DNA of 64,000 nucleotides from the IMG/VR virus record IMGVR_UViG_3300047335_000043; one strand, given 5' to 3'. A program made the position numbers and the translations under genes. The DNA is from a virus. Below the pieces are notes generated by a model that saw only the letters and a list, made by a program, of their open reading frames with translations, was not told the origin of the DNA and ran no database searches. Positions 55,347 through 63,448 of this stretch are shown one piece after another (within the stretch, counting starts at the first letter, position 1; each line of letters starts with the position of its first letter).

Positions 55347-55957
55347 CGGCGCCTACGCATCACTGCCAAGCCACCGAGCAGCAACGTGAGGGCTGCGGGC
55401 AACGAGGCGGTGTTGATCTCAGGCGCCGCCGCGACCTCGGTGAACGTGCCTGAGGGCTCGGAGCCTGAGAGCGTGTAGCAGTAATAATCGCACACCAGGC
55501 TCGACCACGTGTCACCGCCTGTGGAGGACAAATTGACCAAGTCTAATTCGCGATTGCTTTCTTCAATGCCCGCGCCACCGTCGAGCTGGATGTTCCAGGC
55601 GACGATCTGGTTGTTCGCGACCGTGAAGTCGAAGTAGCCGTTGATACCGCTGCCATCCGTGTTGTGGAAGTCCACCGTATCGATGTAGGACTGCGCGCTG
55701 CTGAAGGTGTTCTGGATGCCAGGATAGCCGTAGGGGTAGAGCGGGAGGCCGGGCGACGTGAACACCCAAGAAGTGGTGTTGAAGGTGGTGCCGAATCCAT
55801 TAGGACCCGTAGCCTCACCGTAGTCGGTCGCGAGCTGGTTATCGCCATTCGTGAGCGGCGCTAAGAAGCTGATCTGACCTGACACCACGCCATCGGTGAA
55901 GTCGTAAGTTTGGGCACAGGCCGAGCCCGCGAGAAGGCATAACAGTAACACGCGCAT
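55343..55957 (-). CDS. Secreted protein with a PEP-CTERM-like sorting tail
   Basis: GGAGG SD; signal peptide MRVLLLCLLAGSACA; C-terminus APEINTASLPAALTLLLGGLAVMRRRR. Confidence 0.85.
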   Translation of the reverse strand: MRVLLLCLLAGSACAQTYDFTDGVVSGQISFLAPLTNGDNQLATDYGEATGPNGFGTTFNTTSWVFTSPGLPLYPYGYPGIQNTFSSAQSYIDTVDFHNTDGSGINGYFDFTVANNQIVAWNIQLDGGAGIEESNRELDLVNLSSTGGDTWSSLVCDYYCYTLSGSEPSGTFTEVAAAPEINTASLPAALTLLLGGLAVMRRRR

Positions 55958-56242
55958 GATTTCCCTCCATGAGAACTGTAAGAACACAACATCTCGGAGT
56001 ATACGCAGGATGCGAAAGAATGGGACCCAAATTGCGATACGAAGACCCGGCAAAAGGCAAAAACCTGCCAGAGGTGCGGCGGGGAAGAGGCAGCAGCACC
56101 CAATTTATGCTGCGGGCCTAAATCGCCTAATAACCGTATAAAGCCCAGGAGGCGGCGTTGCTGCCTAAGGTGTCAGGCTACGACACCGAGTACCCCCTAC
56201 GGGGCCGGTTCGGACAGCAACGACGCGGGTGGACTGTAGCAT

Positions 56243-56267
56243 GGGGCTGGGTGGGGACTGGGTGGGG
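56243..56267 (+). other. G-quadruplex-forming motif in the non-coding gap
   Basis: GGGGCTGGGTGGGGACTGGGTGGGG: five G-tracts with short loops. Confidence 0.6.
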
Positions 56268-57063
56268 ACCCAACGCTGGGCGGGAGCGTTTGTGCCGATT
56301 CAACGCGCGGGACCGGTACATCGGGTCCCAAAACCTGGCGCGCGGGGGGTGCCGGGTGGGGTAAAAACCTGCCCACTGGTGCGGCGCGATTACCCTCCTT
56401 GCGAACCTTTCGTGGGGTATTTGGCGGGGTATGACAGCGCTGCGCCGTCGTTTATTCGTTGTATATCAATTACTTACACTGCAGTTCGATCCCTGACTCA
56501 GCCATCGAACTAGCGGTATGGCCGGAAGCGGTGAGTTGATCAAATAGTGTGCAACAATTGGAGTTTCTCCAGTTGTGGCCCATAGCTTGCGTTTCCTGTC
56601 AAGTCCGTTATACTTGCCTTGCAACGAGTTCACCAAACATTCACCCAACAACGCCCTAGCCTACACCACCAGGCGACAGGACGACGACACGACACCTCAG
56701 TCTGTCAACCACAACACACACACTGTCACACTAGCAATGTGACACCACGTTTTCGCCGCTTCCGACTCTCCCTCCTCCTTCTCGCCGAACTTCCGGTCTT
56801 CTCCGCACTGCTGCTACTGCTCGCGTTGCAGGTGCTGCTGATCGACTCGTTGGTGCTCGTTCGACTAGGCGCCCAGTTGCCGCCCAGGTCATAAGGCAGC
56901 AATGCCCCTCGTTGCCGCCCAGGCGCCTACTAGTTGATCAATAATTACGCGCGCGTAGGGCTGCGCTCGTGGCCGCTCATTGCCGGCCATGTGCTCGTAG
57001 GGGTTCTTTGTAATCGCCGCACTGTGACGCACTGTGTGGCTCGTAGCCGCGCTTGAGAGCGGC

Positions 57064-57357
57064 TCAGTGGGTCATCTTGGCGCTACGCTTGGCGCGCTTC
57101 GCCAGCGCCTTCTCCCAGCCAGCCGGGTCGCGCTTCATTGAGTCGCTGATAGCCGCATCCATGAGCGCGTCGATGTCACGTTTCACTTGAGCCTGCGTCG
57201 TGCCAAAGCTATGAGCCGTGATCGCGACCACGGCGTCGAGCCGCCCTTGAACCATCGGCCCGATAATCCGGCGCCGACCATCTGGCCTCACGACCGCACC
57301 GAGCATCATTCTGACGATGCCCTCGACGCCACGCTTGTAGGCCGCGCTGCGCTTCAT
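57064..57357 (-). CDS. Hypothetical protein
   Basis: ATGA-coupled start 57357. Confidence 0.6.
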   Translation of the reverse strand: MKRSAAYKRGVEGIVRMMLGAVVRPDGRRRIIGPMVQGRLDAVVAITAHSFGTTQAQVKRDIDALMDAAISDSMKRDPAGWEKALAKRAKRSAKMTH

Positions 57358-57677
57358 TCGCTGCGCCCCTCGGGGTGTTCGCCCAAGTACTTGAGCGCGA
57401 GTTCCACCGTCTTTGGCGTGGGCTTCTCGCCGAGCACGTAGCCGCGCATGGTGCGCTCGTGGATCTGCAGCTCCTTCGCCGCCCTGCGCTGTGACAGCCC
57501 AGCACGCTCCAGGAGCGCCGCAAGCTTCCGGGGATCGATTGGTATGGCCTTCGCCGCAAGTCGTGCCTGCGCCTTCCTGAAGCAGCGAGGATGCCATCGG
57601 GCCTGCTGTCCATCAAGCCACTGTGCCTCAATGCCGGTCGCGTCCTTGCCGCACTCGGGACAGGTGCGCGTCGTCAT
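57354..57677 (-). CDS. XRE/Cro-like HTH regulator with an N-terminal Zn motif
   Basis: CPEC...HPRC; LERAGLSQRRAAKELQIHERTMRGY. Confidence 0.8.
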   Translation of the reverse strand: MTTRTCPECGKDATGIEAQWLDGQQARWHPRCFRKAQARLAAKAIPIDPRKLAALLERAGLSQRRAAKELQIHERTMRGYVLGEKPTPKTVELALKYLGEHPEGRSE

Positions 57678-57753
57678 GTGTGATTCTCCATCGTTTCAGT
57701 GTACCGAACTGCACACCCCAGTGCATCCCGCAGGGACGCACCAGGCTGGGCGC

Positions 57754-57945
57754 TCAGGCCGCATCGGTCTCCGCGAACGAGCCGTAGTGGTTCAGGTTCG
57801 CGCAGAGGTTCTCGGCTTGCTCGTGGCCCTGACACTCGATCGTCACGGTGTGAAAGCTCGCGTCCTCATGCCGCGCCTCAAACTTCACGGCATACGCCCA
57901 GCTCCCGTCGGTTAGCTGACGCTTCGTCACTCTCAGGTTCATCAT
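57754..57945 (-). CDS. Hypothetical protein
   Basis: AAGGAG SD. Confidence 0.65.
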   Translation of the reverse strand: MMNLRVTKRQLTDGSWAYAVKFEARHEDASFHTVTIECQGHEQAENLCANLNHYGSFAETDAA

Positions 57946-58196
57946 GTCGTTGCTCCTTGGTTGTTGGTGTCATCGAATGCGGTGCTCGGGCACGGGTCGC
58001 TGGTCTTCGCCCAGTTCGCATTGCCGAGCCGGTCTAAGTGGCGCGCGGTGACCCAGCCGGCGAGCGTGCCCACTGAGTTGATCACCGCGATCTCGGTGAG
58101 GGCGTCGATGCCCACGATGTAGAGCTTGCCCACGCGAATGATGGGCTGACCCTCGGCGGCTTTGCGCGCCGCGCCGTAGCGCTTGTAGGCCTTCAT
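57942..58196 (-). CDS. Hypothetical protein
   Basis: ATGA-coupled. Confidence 0.65.
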   Translation of the reverse strand: MKAYKRYGAARKAAEGQPIIRVGKLYIVGIDALTEIAVINSVGTLAGWVTARHLDRLGNANWAKTSDPCPSTAFDDTNNQGATT

Positions 58197-58384
58197 AGCC
58201 GCACCTTCACGAGCCACTCGGGGCCGAAGTTGTTGCGCAGTTGCTGGAGCGCGGGCTCGTAGCCTGCGACTCGTTGCCCGGCGACCATCCAGGCGTCGTT
58301 GAGCTTCGCCTTCCAGGTGCGACCGTTCGCTTGCCGCCAGCGCTCAAGCGCTGCGAGCTGTTCGGGTGTGGGTTGTGCGTTCAT
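58193..58384 (-). CDS. Hypothetical phage protein
   Basis: GGAG SD; GRTWKAKLNDAW...LQQLRNNFGP. Confidence 0.7.
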   Translation of the reverse strand: MNAQPTPEQLAALERWRQANGRTWKAKLNDAWMVAGQRVAGYEPALQQLRNNFGPEWLVKVRL

Positions 58385-58448
58385 CGTGGTCTCCGTTGGT
58401 TGCTGTGTCATCGCGTAGCAGCCCTGGCTGGGAGCCGCTACAGGCTGA

Positions 58449-58676
58449 CTAGGCGTTGTCCCGGTAGTAGCGAGCGTCGGCCTGCCGATCCGCCCACACG
58501 CTTGCCACGCGGTGGAAGATGTTCCACACGCTGGCCTCGTCCTCGTGGTCGCCCACGAACTCAGCCCACTCCGCATCGTCGTAGCACTCGACGTAGGTGT
58601 CGTAGCCCTGGTCGTAGTGCTCGATCGCGTATTTCTTGAGCGCGGCGATCAGCGCGAGTTTGGTGGTCTCATCCAT
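58449..58676 (-). CDS. Hypothetical acidic protein
   Basis: YAIEHYDQGYDTYVECYD. Confidence 0.7.
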   Translation of the reverse strand: MDETTKLALIAALKKYAIEHYDQGYDTYVECYDDAEWAEFVGDHEDEASVWNIFHRVASVWADRQADARYYRDNA

Positions 58677-58891
58677 CAGTGTTGCTCCTTGTGAGTGACA
58701 GAAACGAAGTTGCTGGCATCGACGACCTGGGGCGTGCCGTGCTTGCCGCCGACGTTGATGACCACGTGGTCGGGGAAGAGCAGCAGCCCCACTGCCGTGC
58801 CGGTCTTGACCTGCCCCTGCGGCGTGCGGTAGGTCACGCGATCGCCGCTCCTGATGCCCTTGAAGTTGCCGAAGCCGTCCCAGTTGACCAT
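58676..58891 (-). CDS. Small SH3/KOW-like protein
   Basis: IRSGDRVTYRTPQGQVKTG. Confidence 0.65.
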   Translation of the reverse strand: MVNWDGFGNFKGIRSGDRVTYRTPQGQVKTGTAVGLLLFPDHVVINVGGKHGTPQVVDASNFVSVTHKEQH

Positions 58892-59373
58892 CACAGCACC
58901 TCCTCGATCAGGTCCGCATCGGCGTAGCAGCTCTGCGGCTGTTTCTTGAGCTGCGTGATCCGCGCGTTCATGGCCTTGATGTCGGTGTTGACCAGGGCGA
59001 CGAACTCCTCGATCGTGCCCAGCTCCACCTGTTGAGCCGCGTGTGCCGGGATCTTGTTGGTCGTGCAGCCGCAGTGGATCGCTCCCACCTTGACCTGGCC
59101 GTCGCCCGCGTGCCGGAACACGATCCGGTAGATCCACTCCACGTCCCCGTGCACGTCGGTCGTGATCTCGTAGACGGGCACCGCGTCCCGGAAGCTCGTG
59201 GGCGCGTCCTTCTCGCTGAGCAGGTTTGCGATGAATGCGCTGCAGTTGTTGCCGCAGGCCTTCAGGTTGATCGCGAGATCCTTGCCGGTCTCTGCGGGGT
59301 AGCCGTCCCAATGCCGATAGAGCACGAGCTTCGTGCTCCCGAAGTTGACGATGATGTTGGCTCTTGTTCCCAT
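58891..59373 (-). CDS. Hypothetical phage protein
   Basis: AAGGAGG SD; MGTRANI...LYRHWDGYP. Confidence 0.8.
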   Translation of the reverse strand: MGTRANIIVNFGSTKLVLYRHWDGYPAETGKDLAINLKACGNNCSAFIANLLSEKDAPTSFRDAVPVYEITTDVHGDVEWIYRIVFRHAGDGQVKVGAIHCGCTTNKIPAHAAQQVELGTIEEFVALVNTDIKAMNARITQLKKQPQSCYADADLIEEVL

Positions 59374-59410
59374 CTGACCCTCCTTTCGCCCGGCGGAATT
59401 ACCGGGCAGG

Positions 59411-59451
59411 AGTATGGTGGCATAAGCGCCTATAGGGCGTCAAGCCCTATG
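59411..59451 (-). promoter_or_regulatory. Promoter/operator copy 1
   Basis: TTGACG...CATACT (21-bp spacer) with ATAGGG-N7-CCCTAT palindrome over the -35. Confidence 0.55.
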
Positions 59452-59683
59452 TGGTGCTGGCCTTGTCGAGGATCTTCTCCAGGCGCCGCACCGCCTTCTG
59501 CGCCCGCTCGTAGGCGTGGAACGCGCGCCGCATCTTGGCGTCGGCCGCGCGCAGCTCATCGAGCGCCTCGGCGTACTGCCGGCCGACCTTGTCCATGTCG
59601 CGCGGCTTCTTGGTCCGCTTGTCCGGGAACTCGGGCATGAACTTGAGCCACTCCTCCGTGGCGCGTTGGTTGTCGTCGTTCAT
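59447..59683 (-). CDS. Small coiled-coil protein
   Basis: ATGA-coupled start 59683. Confidence 0.6.
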   Translation of the reverse strand: MNDDNQRATEEWLKFMPEFPDKRTKKPRDMDKVGRQYAEALDELRAADAKMRRAFHAYERAQKAVRRLEKILDKASTT

Positions 59684-60159
59684 AGCAGCCCCCGCTCCGC
59701 GAACGAGAACGTTCCCTGCGCGGCGATGATGATGTGGTCGAGCACTCGCACGTCCACGAGCGCGAGAGCCTCCTTGAGCCTCTTGGTGATCAGCTCGTCG
59801 GCGTTGCTGCTCTCGCAGATGCCGCTCGGGTGGTTGTGGAACAGGATGACCGCCGCCGCGCCCTCCCGCAGCGCGTTGGTCACGACGACCCTCGGGTGCA
59901 CTGAGGCGCCGTCGATCGTACCGTTGAAGAGCACGTTCACGCTGATCACCTTGTGGCGATTGTCGAGGTACACCACGCCGAATTGCTCGAACTCCAGGCC
60001 CGCCTGGGCGCGCAGGAACTCGCGTGCGGCGCTGGGGGATGCCAGGCTCGTGCGCTGCCTGGCCGCTTGCTGGAAGAGGTAGGCCGAGGCCTGCTCGCAC
60101 ACCTCGCTGGGCCGCGCCTTGCGGTAGCGGCTCCCGGTTTTGATCATGAGGTTGCTCAT
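59680..60159 (-). CDS. radC: RadC-family JAB domain protein
   Basis: EQFGVVYLD...GTIDGASVHPR...ILFHNHPSG...SNAD...LDHII. Confidence 0.93.
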   Translation of the reverse strand: MSNLMIKTGSRYRKARPSEVCEQASAYLFQQAARQRTSLASPSAAREFLRAQAGLEFEQFGVVYLDNRHKVISVNVLFNGTIDGASVHPRVVVTNALREGAAAVILFHNHPSGICESSNADELITKRLKEALALVDVRVLDHIIIAAQGTFSFAERGLL

Positions 60160-60395
60160 GATTCCACCCCCTTTGCGCACTTGCAAACCCTGACCCATCG
60201 CTTGCCGACCAGTTCGGGGCTGAGGTCATCGCCCTTTTCTACCTCCATCGCGACGCACTCATCGAACGCCGGCTGGAGAGCGGTGGCATCGAGGTCGAAT
60301 GCCACCTTGCCGGTGGTGCTGATTGCAGCGGGGCAGTCGGCGGCATGCACCGAGTACTTCCCGCTGAACAGGTTGTACGTGGCTTTGAATTTCAT
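60156..60395 (-). CDS. Hypothetical protein
   Basis: GGAGG SD; coupled. Confidence 0.6.
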   Translation of the reverse strand: MKFKATYNLFSGKYSVHAADCPAAISTTGKVAFDLDATALQPAFDECVAMEVEKGDDLSPELVGKRWVRVCKCAKGVES

Positions 60396-60670
60396 GTGGC
60401 CTCCTTGGCGAGCGCCGCGACCACTTCGCCGAACAGCGCGTCGGCATCGACCCCCTTGCCCTTGAGCCTGGCGAGGCAGGTTCTCGCCCAGCCCGCGTCG
60501 TAGAGCGCACCCGTGTCGCTTAGCGAGTTCTCCTCGCCAGCCAGGTCGTAGCACTCGGCGCACAGCCCCGTGAACTCGTTGTCGCCCCGCCCCGTCTGCC
60601 TGGTCAGCCGCTTGCAGCAACCGCAGGCATACACCCCGCTGCCGCGTTGGAACCTATTTGCTTGCCTCAT
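60392..60670 (-). CDS. Zn-finger-like hypothetical protein
   Basis: FQRGSGVYACGCCKR...LCAECYD. Confidence 0.75.
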   Translation of the reverse strand: MRQANRFQRGSGVYACGCCKRLTRQTGRGDNEFTGLCAECYDLAGEENSLSDTGALYDAGWARTCLARLKGKGVDADALFGEVVAALAKEAT

Positions 60671-60709
60671 CTACCTTCTCCTCATCCCGGCCCCATTGCC
60701 GGCAAGGAG

Positions 60710-60747
60710 AGTATGGCATAGCTGCCTATAGGGTTTCAAGCCCTATG
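60710..60747 (-). promoter_or_regulatory. Promoter/operator copy 2
   Basis: TTGAAA-18 bp-CATACT, extended -10 TGC, same ATAGGG-N7-CCCTAT palindrome. Confidence 0.7.
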
Positions 60748-62538
60748 CCGTATCACCGGTCTCCAATAGCGGCTCTTGTCGCGTTTCTGCACCCAGCCGG
60801 CCGCCCGCAGTATCCCGGCTACGCGCCACTTCTGGGTCATTTCCTGCTGCCACAGGGGTATGTGCAGCGCATTGAGCAGGATACGGCTCGTCGTGATGTC
60901 GATCCGCACCTTCGTGCGGCAGCTCTCGGCCCACACGCTGTTGGCGTAGTCCATGACGGTGGACGCCCACTCGTCATCGAGCACCGGGTTCTGCGCCTCG
61001 ATGCGCCGGGGTGGCACCTGGGTAAAGGGTGTGCGCGCTTTGTAGGCGACGTAGGCCTCGGCGAAGAGCTGCTCACGCTGCAGGGCGAGCGCCACCATAT
61101 CCACCGCGTGACACTCCACGCCCCAGCAGTGCGGGCCGCTCGGGTAGCTGTCGCCATCGGCGAGCGCGGCGAAGAGCGTGGTGCGGAGGTACGCATTGGC
61201 TTCGAGTGCGCCGCGCTCGCGGTAGATGTCGGTGCGGGTCGAGACCACATCGCGCAGCAGCTCGCTGTGCTTTTGCGTGATGCCGTTCATCGTAGGTAAC
61301 ACCACGAGCCAGTGCCCCTTGATCTTGCGCCCGAGGTCCTCATCGTTCGCGTTGAACGCGCCATTCCAGGGGCTTGCGAGTTTGCCGAGCGCCTCGGCGC
61401 CTAAGTTCGGCGCCAGGCCTTCGAGGATCAGCATGGCTGGCATCGAGCACCCAGGCTCGAAGGCCCGCGCCACCATGGCAGTGAGCCAGTTCTTCGCGAC
61501 CGCCTCCGTGTAGGGTGTCTTCTCGACACTGAAGATGTCGGCGAGCCAGTGTGCCAGACGCTCGGTGCGGTCCCAGGTGAGGCTTTCGAGCCACTCCCGC
61601 AGCGTGTGCCTGGGCACGCGGCGCGCCGCCCACAGCACGCCCTGCGCGACCACCGAGGCGCTGAACGTGGGCGCCCGCAGCCGCGCCTGCATGAGCACCG
61701 AAAGATCCAGCGTGTCCTGTGCCGACCAGTAGCGATGCTTCGTGCCCAGGCGCTCCATGACGCGCCCGGTGAACTCATCGTAGCTCAACGTGTCCGACCC
61801 ACCGCGCAACAGCTTCGCCACGTTCGCCACATTGCCGTGCGGTACGCCACTGCGGTTCAAGTCCACGGTGAACGCCTCCCAGCCCATGCGGAGCACCCAC
61901 TCCCAGTGGGCAGGATCGAGCAACTGACTCGTTGCCTCGCGCGCCTCGATGACCGGCGGTTTGAAATCCTCGGCGGCGATCAGGTGCTCGGTCGCGTATT
62001 TCACCACCGCTTCAGCGCTCAAGCCTTGAGCCTGCGCAGCGGCGATGTTGACGAAGGCGGCCTCGTCTGCCGCCGTCACGATCCGCAGTCGCGAGGTCGT
62101 CAACAATAAGAGTTCCACCAGTTTCACATGAAACCGACCAGCATCCGGCCAGAGGATCACATCGCGCCCTTTCAGCACGCTCCAGTCGTTGTCCATGAGG
62201 CAACTCTCGCCGCCCGCCCAGCTCACCACCACGTAGGGTGGCAGGAGCACACGCGCCACGTGCGCGTTGTCCTCGTCATCGACCACGAGTACGGGGTCAG
62301 TCGGGCGCTTGACGAGTAGCTCGCGGCCATAGATGGGCCGGGGCGCCGGATACGGCTTGAACGTCCAGCGACCCTCGCGCCAGGTGAGCTGTTCGGTGTG
62401 GCTGCCGTAGGCCGCCACGGCGAAGGCGTAGCCATAACGCACTACGCCGGTCGCAGCGCCGTGCAGGTAGTGGTCTGGCACATTGGGTGGGAGCGGCGGG
62501 ATCTCCTCTGGTGCGTCGTCTGGCGGCGCGCCAATCAC
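60736..62538 (-). CDS. TOPRIM plus VapE/VirE primase-helicase-like protein with degenerate catalytic motifs
   Basis: DWSVLKGRDVILWPD TOPRIM; LSYDEFTG, HTLREWLESLTWDRTERL, NWLTAMVARAFEPG and REQLFAEA VapE blocks; GTGA start 62538. Confidence 0.85.
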   Translation of the reverse strand: MIGAPPDDAPEEIPPLPPNVPDHYLHGAATGVVRYGYAFAVAAYGSHTEQLTWREGRWTFKPYPAPRPIYGRELLVKRPTDPVLVVDDEDNAHVARVLLPPYVVVSWAGGESCLMDNDWSVLKGRDVILWPDAGRFHVKLVELLLLTTSRLRIVTAADEAAFVNIAAAQAQGLSAEAVVKYATEHLIAAEDFKPPVIEAREATSQLLDPAHWEWVLRMGWEAFTVDLNRSGVPHGNVANVAKLLRGGSDTLSYDEFTGRVMERLGTKHRYWSAQDTLDLSVLMQARLRAPTFSASVVAQGVLWAARRVPRHTLREWLESLTWDRTERLAHWLADIFSVEKTPYTEAVAKNWLTAMVARAFEPGCSMPAMLILEGLAPNLGAEALGKLASPWNGAFNANDEDLGRKIKGHWLVVLPTMNGITQKHSELLRDVVSTRTDIYRERGALEANAYLRTTLFAALADGDSYPSGPHCWGVECHAVDMVALALQREQLFAEAYVAYKARTPFTQVPPRRIEAQNPVLDDEWASTVMDYANSVWAESCRTKVRIDITTSRILLNALHIPLWQQEMTQKWRVAGILRAAGWVQKRDKSRYWRPVIRHRA

Positions 62539-62780
62539 GATGTGGGCTCGATGCGGAATCCTCGGAAGCAGATCCCGGCGTTGTTGATCGAGATGCCGCG
62601 CGTGTTCACGGCGGCCTCGAAGGCGCGGTAGTCGGCGCTGCTCACGACGATGCGCTTCACCTCGGGCTTGTGGGCGCGATACCAGGCGGCGAGTGGCTCG
62701 ACCCGATCGATGGCATCGGCGATCTTGGCAGTTTTCTTCTTCGCCTTCGGTAGCGGAATCCAAGTCGTCTGCTCGCTCAT
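62535..62780 (-). CDS. Hypothetical protein
   Basis: ATGA-coupled. Confidence 0.65.
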   Translation of the reverse strand: MSEQTTWIPLPKAKKKTAKIADAIDRVEPLAAWYRAHKPEVKRIVVSSADYRAFEAAVNTRGISINNAGICFRGFRIEPTS

Positions 62781-63061
62781 GACACGCACTTCCGAATCTG
62801 CCGCTCACGATCGCGGTAGGTTTTACCCAACCGCCCCTCGATGCGCTCGATCTCGGCGCGGGCGCGCTTCACGACGCCGCCTAAGTTGGAGGACGTGGTG
62901 CCCAGCTCCAGCGCTTTGCCGGTCATGTTGCCGATGCGCTGCTTCGCCTCCCACCAGCAATACAGCTCCCACAGCTCCTGGTCGGACCAGTAGTGATAAT
63001 CGCGCGCCGGCACGTCGGGCGCGTTCAGCAACTCTTCGGCCGATAGCTCAGTGCCTGTCAT
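62777..63061 (-). CDS. Hypothetical protein
   Basis: ATGA-coupled start 63061. Confidence 0.6.
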   Translation of the reverse strand: MTGTELSAEELLNAPDVPARDYHYWSDQELWELYCWWEAKQRIGNMTGKALELGTTSSNLGGVVKRARAEIERIEGRLGKTYRDRERQIRKCVS

Positions 63062-63435
63062 CGCGTCCACCCCCGTGCGGTAAGTAACTGCATCGTCAAG
63101 TTGATCGCTGTGCCGTCCTTCACCAAACTCTGATCGAATCGCAGCACATTCCAGCCGATGATCGTCGCGGTCGCGTACTTCACGCAGTCTTCCCGGAACC
63201 CTTTGCTCGATGCGTGTCGGCCGCTCACCACCGGCTTGCCGTCCTTGAAGCGCACGACCAGGCCCTCGATCTCGACGGCGACCCAGTACTCGCGCCAACT
63301 GAAGTCGAAGCGCCAGAGCCGATCGTGAGTCTCGGTCGCGAACATGTGCTCGCGCACGACCGGCGGCAACCCTTCAGCTCGGCAGTGAAGCGCGAACAGC
63401 TCCTCGCTGCTGCTGAGCTTCTTCGGGCGCTTCAT
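63058..63435 (-). CDS. Vsr/DUF559-like PD-(D/E)XK endonuclease
   Basis: REHMF...WRFDFSW...VAVEIEG...GRH...D...GWNVLRF. Confidence 0.85.
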   Translation of the reverse strand: MKRPKKLSSSEELFALHCRAEGLPPVVREHMFATETHDRLWRFDFSWREYWVAVEIEGLVVRFKDGKPVVSGRHASSKGFREDCVKYATATIIGWNVLRFDQSLVKDGTAINLTMQLLTARGWTR

Positions 63436-63448
63436 TTTCGGATGCCGC

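Noticed and set aside
55998-56026. Sigma70 promoter for the PEP-CTERM moron
   Set aside because: TATACT is present but there is no matching -35 or proper extended -10; insufficient support
56140-56320. CsrB/RsmZ-like sRNA
   Set aside because: GGA triplets are only mildly enriched and lack repeated ANGGA hairpin loops
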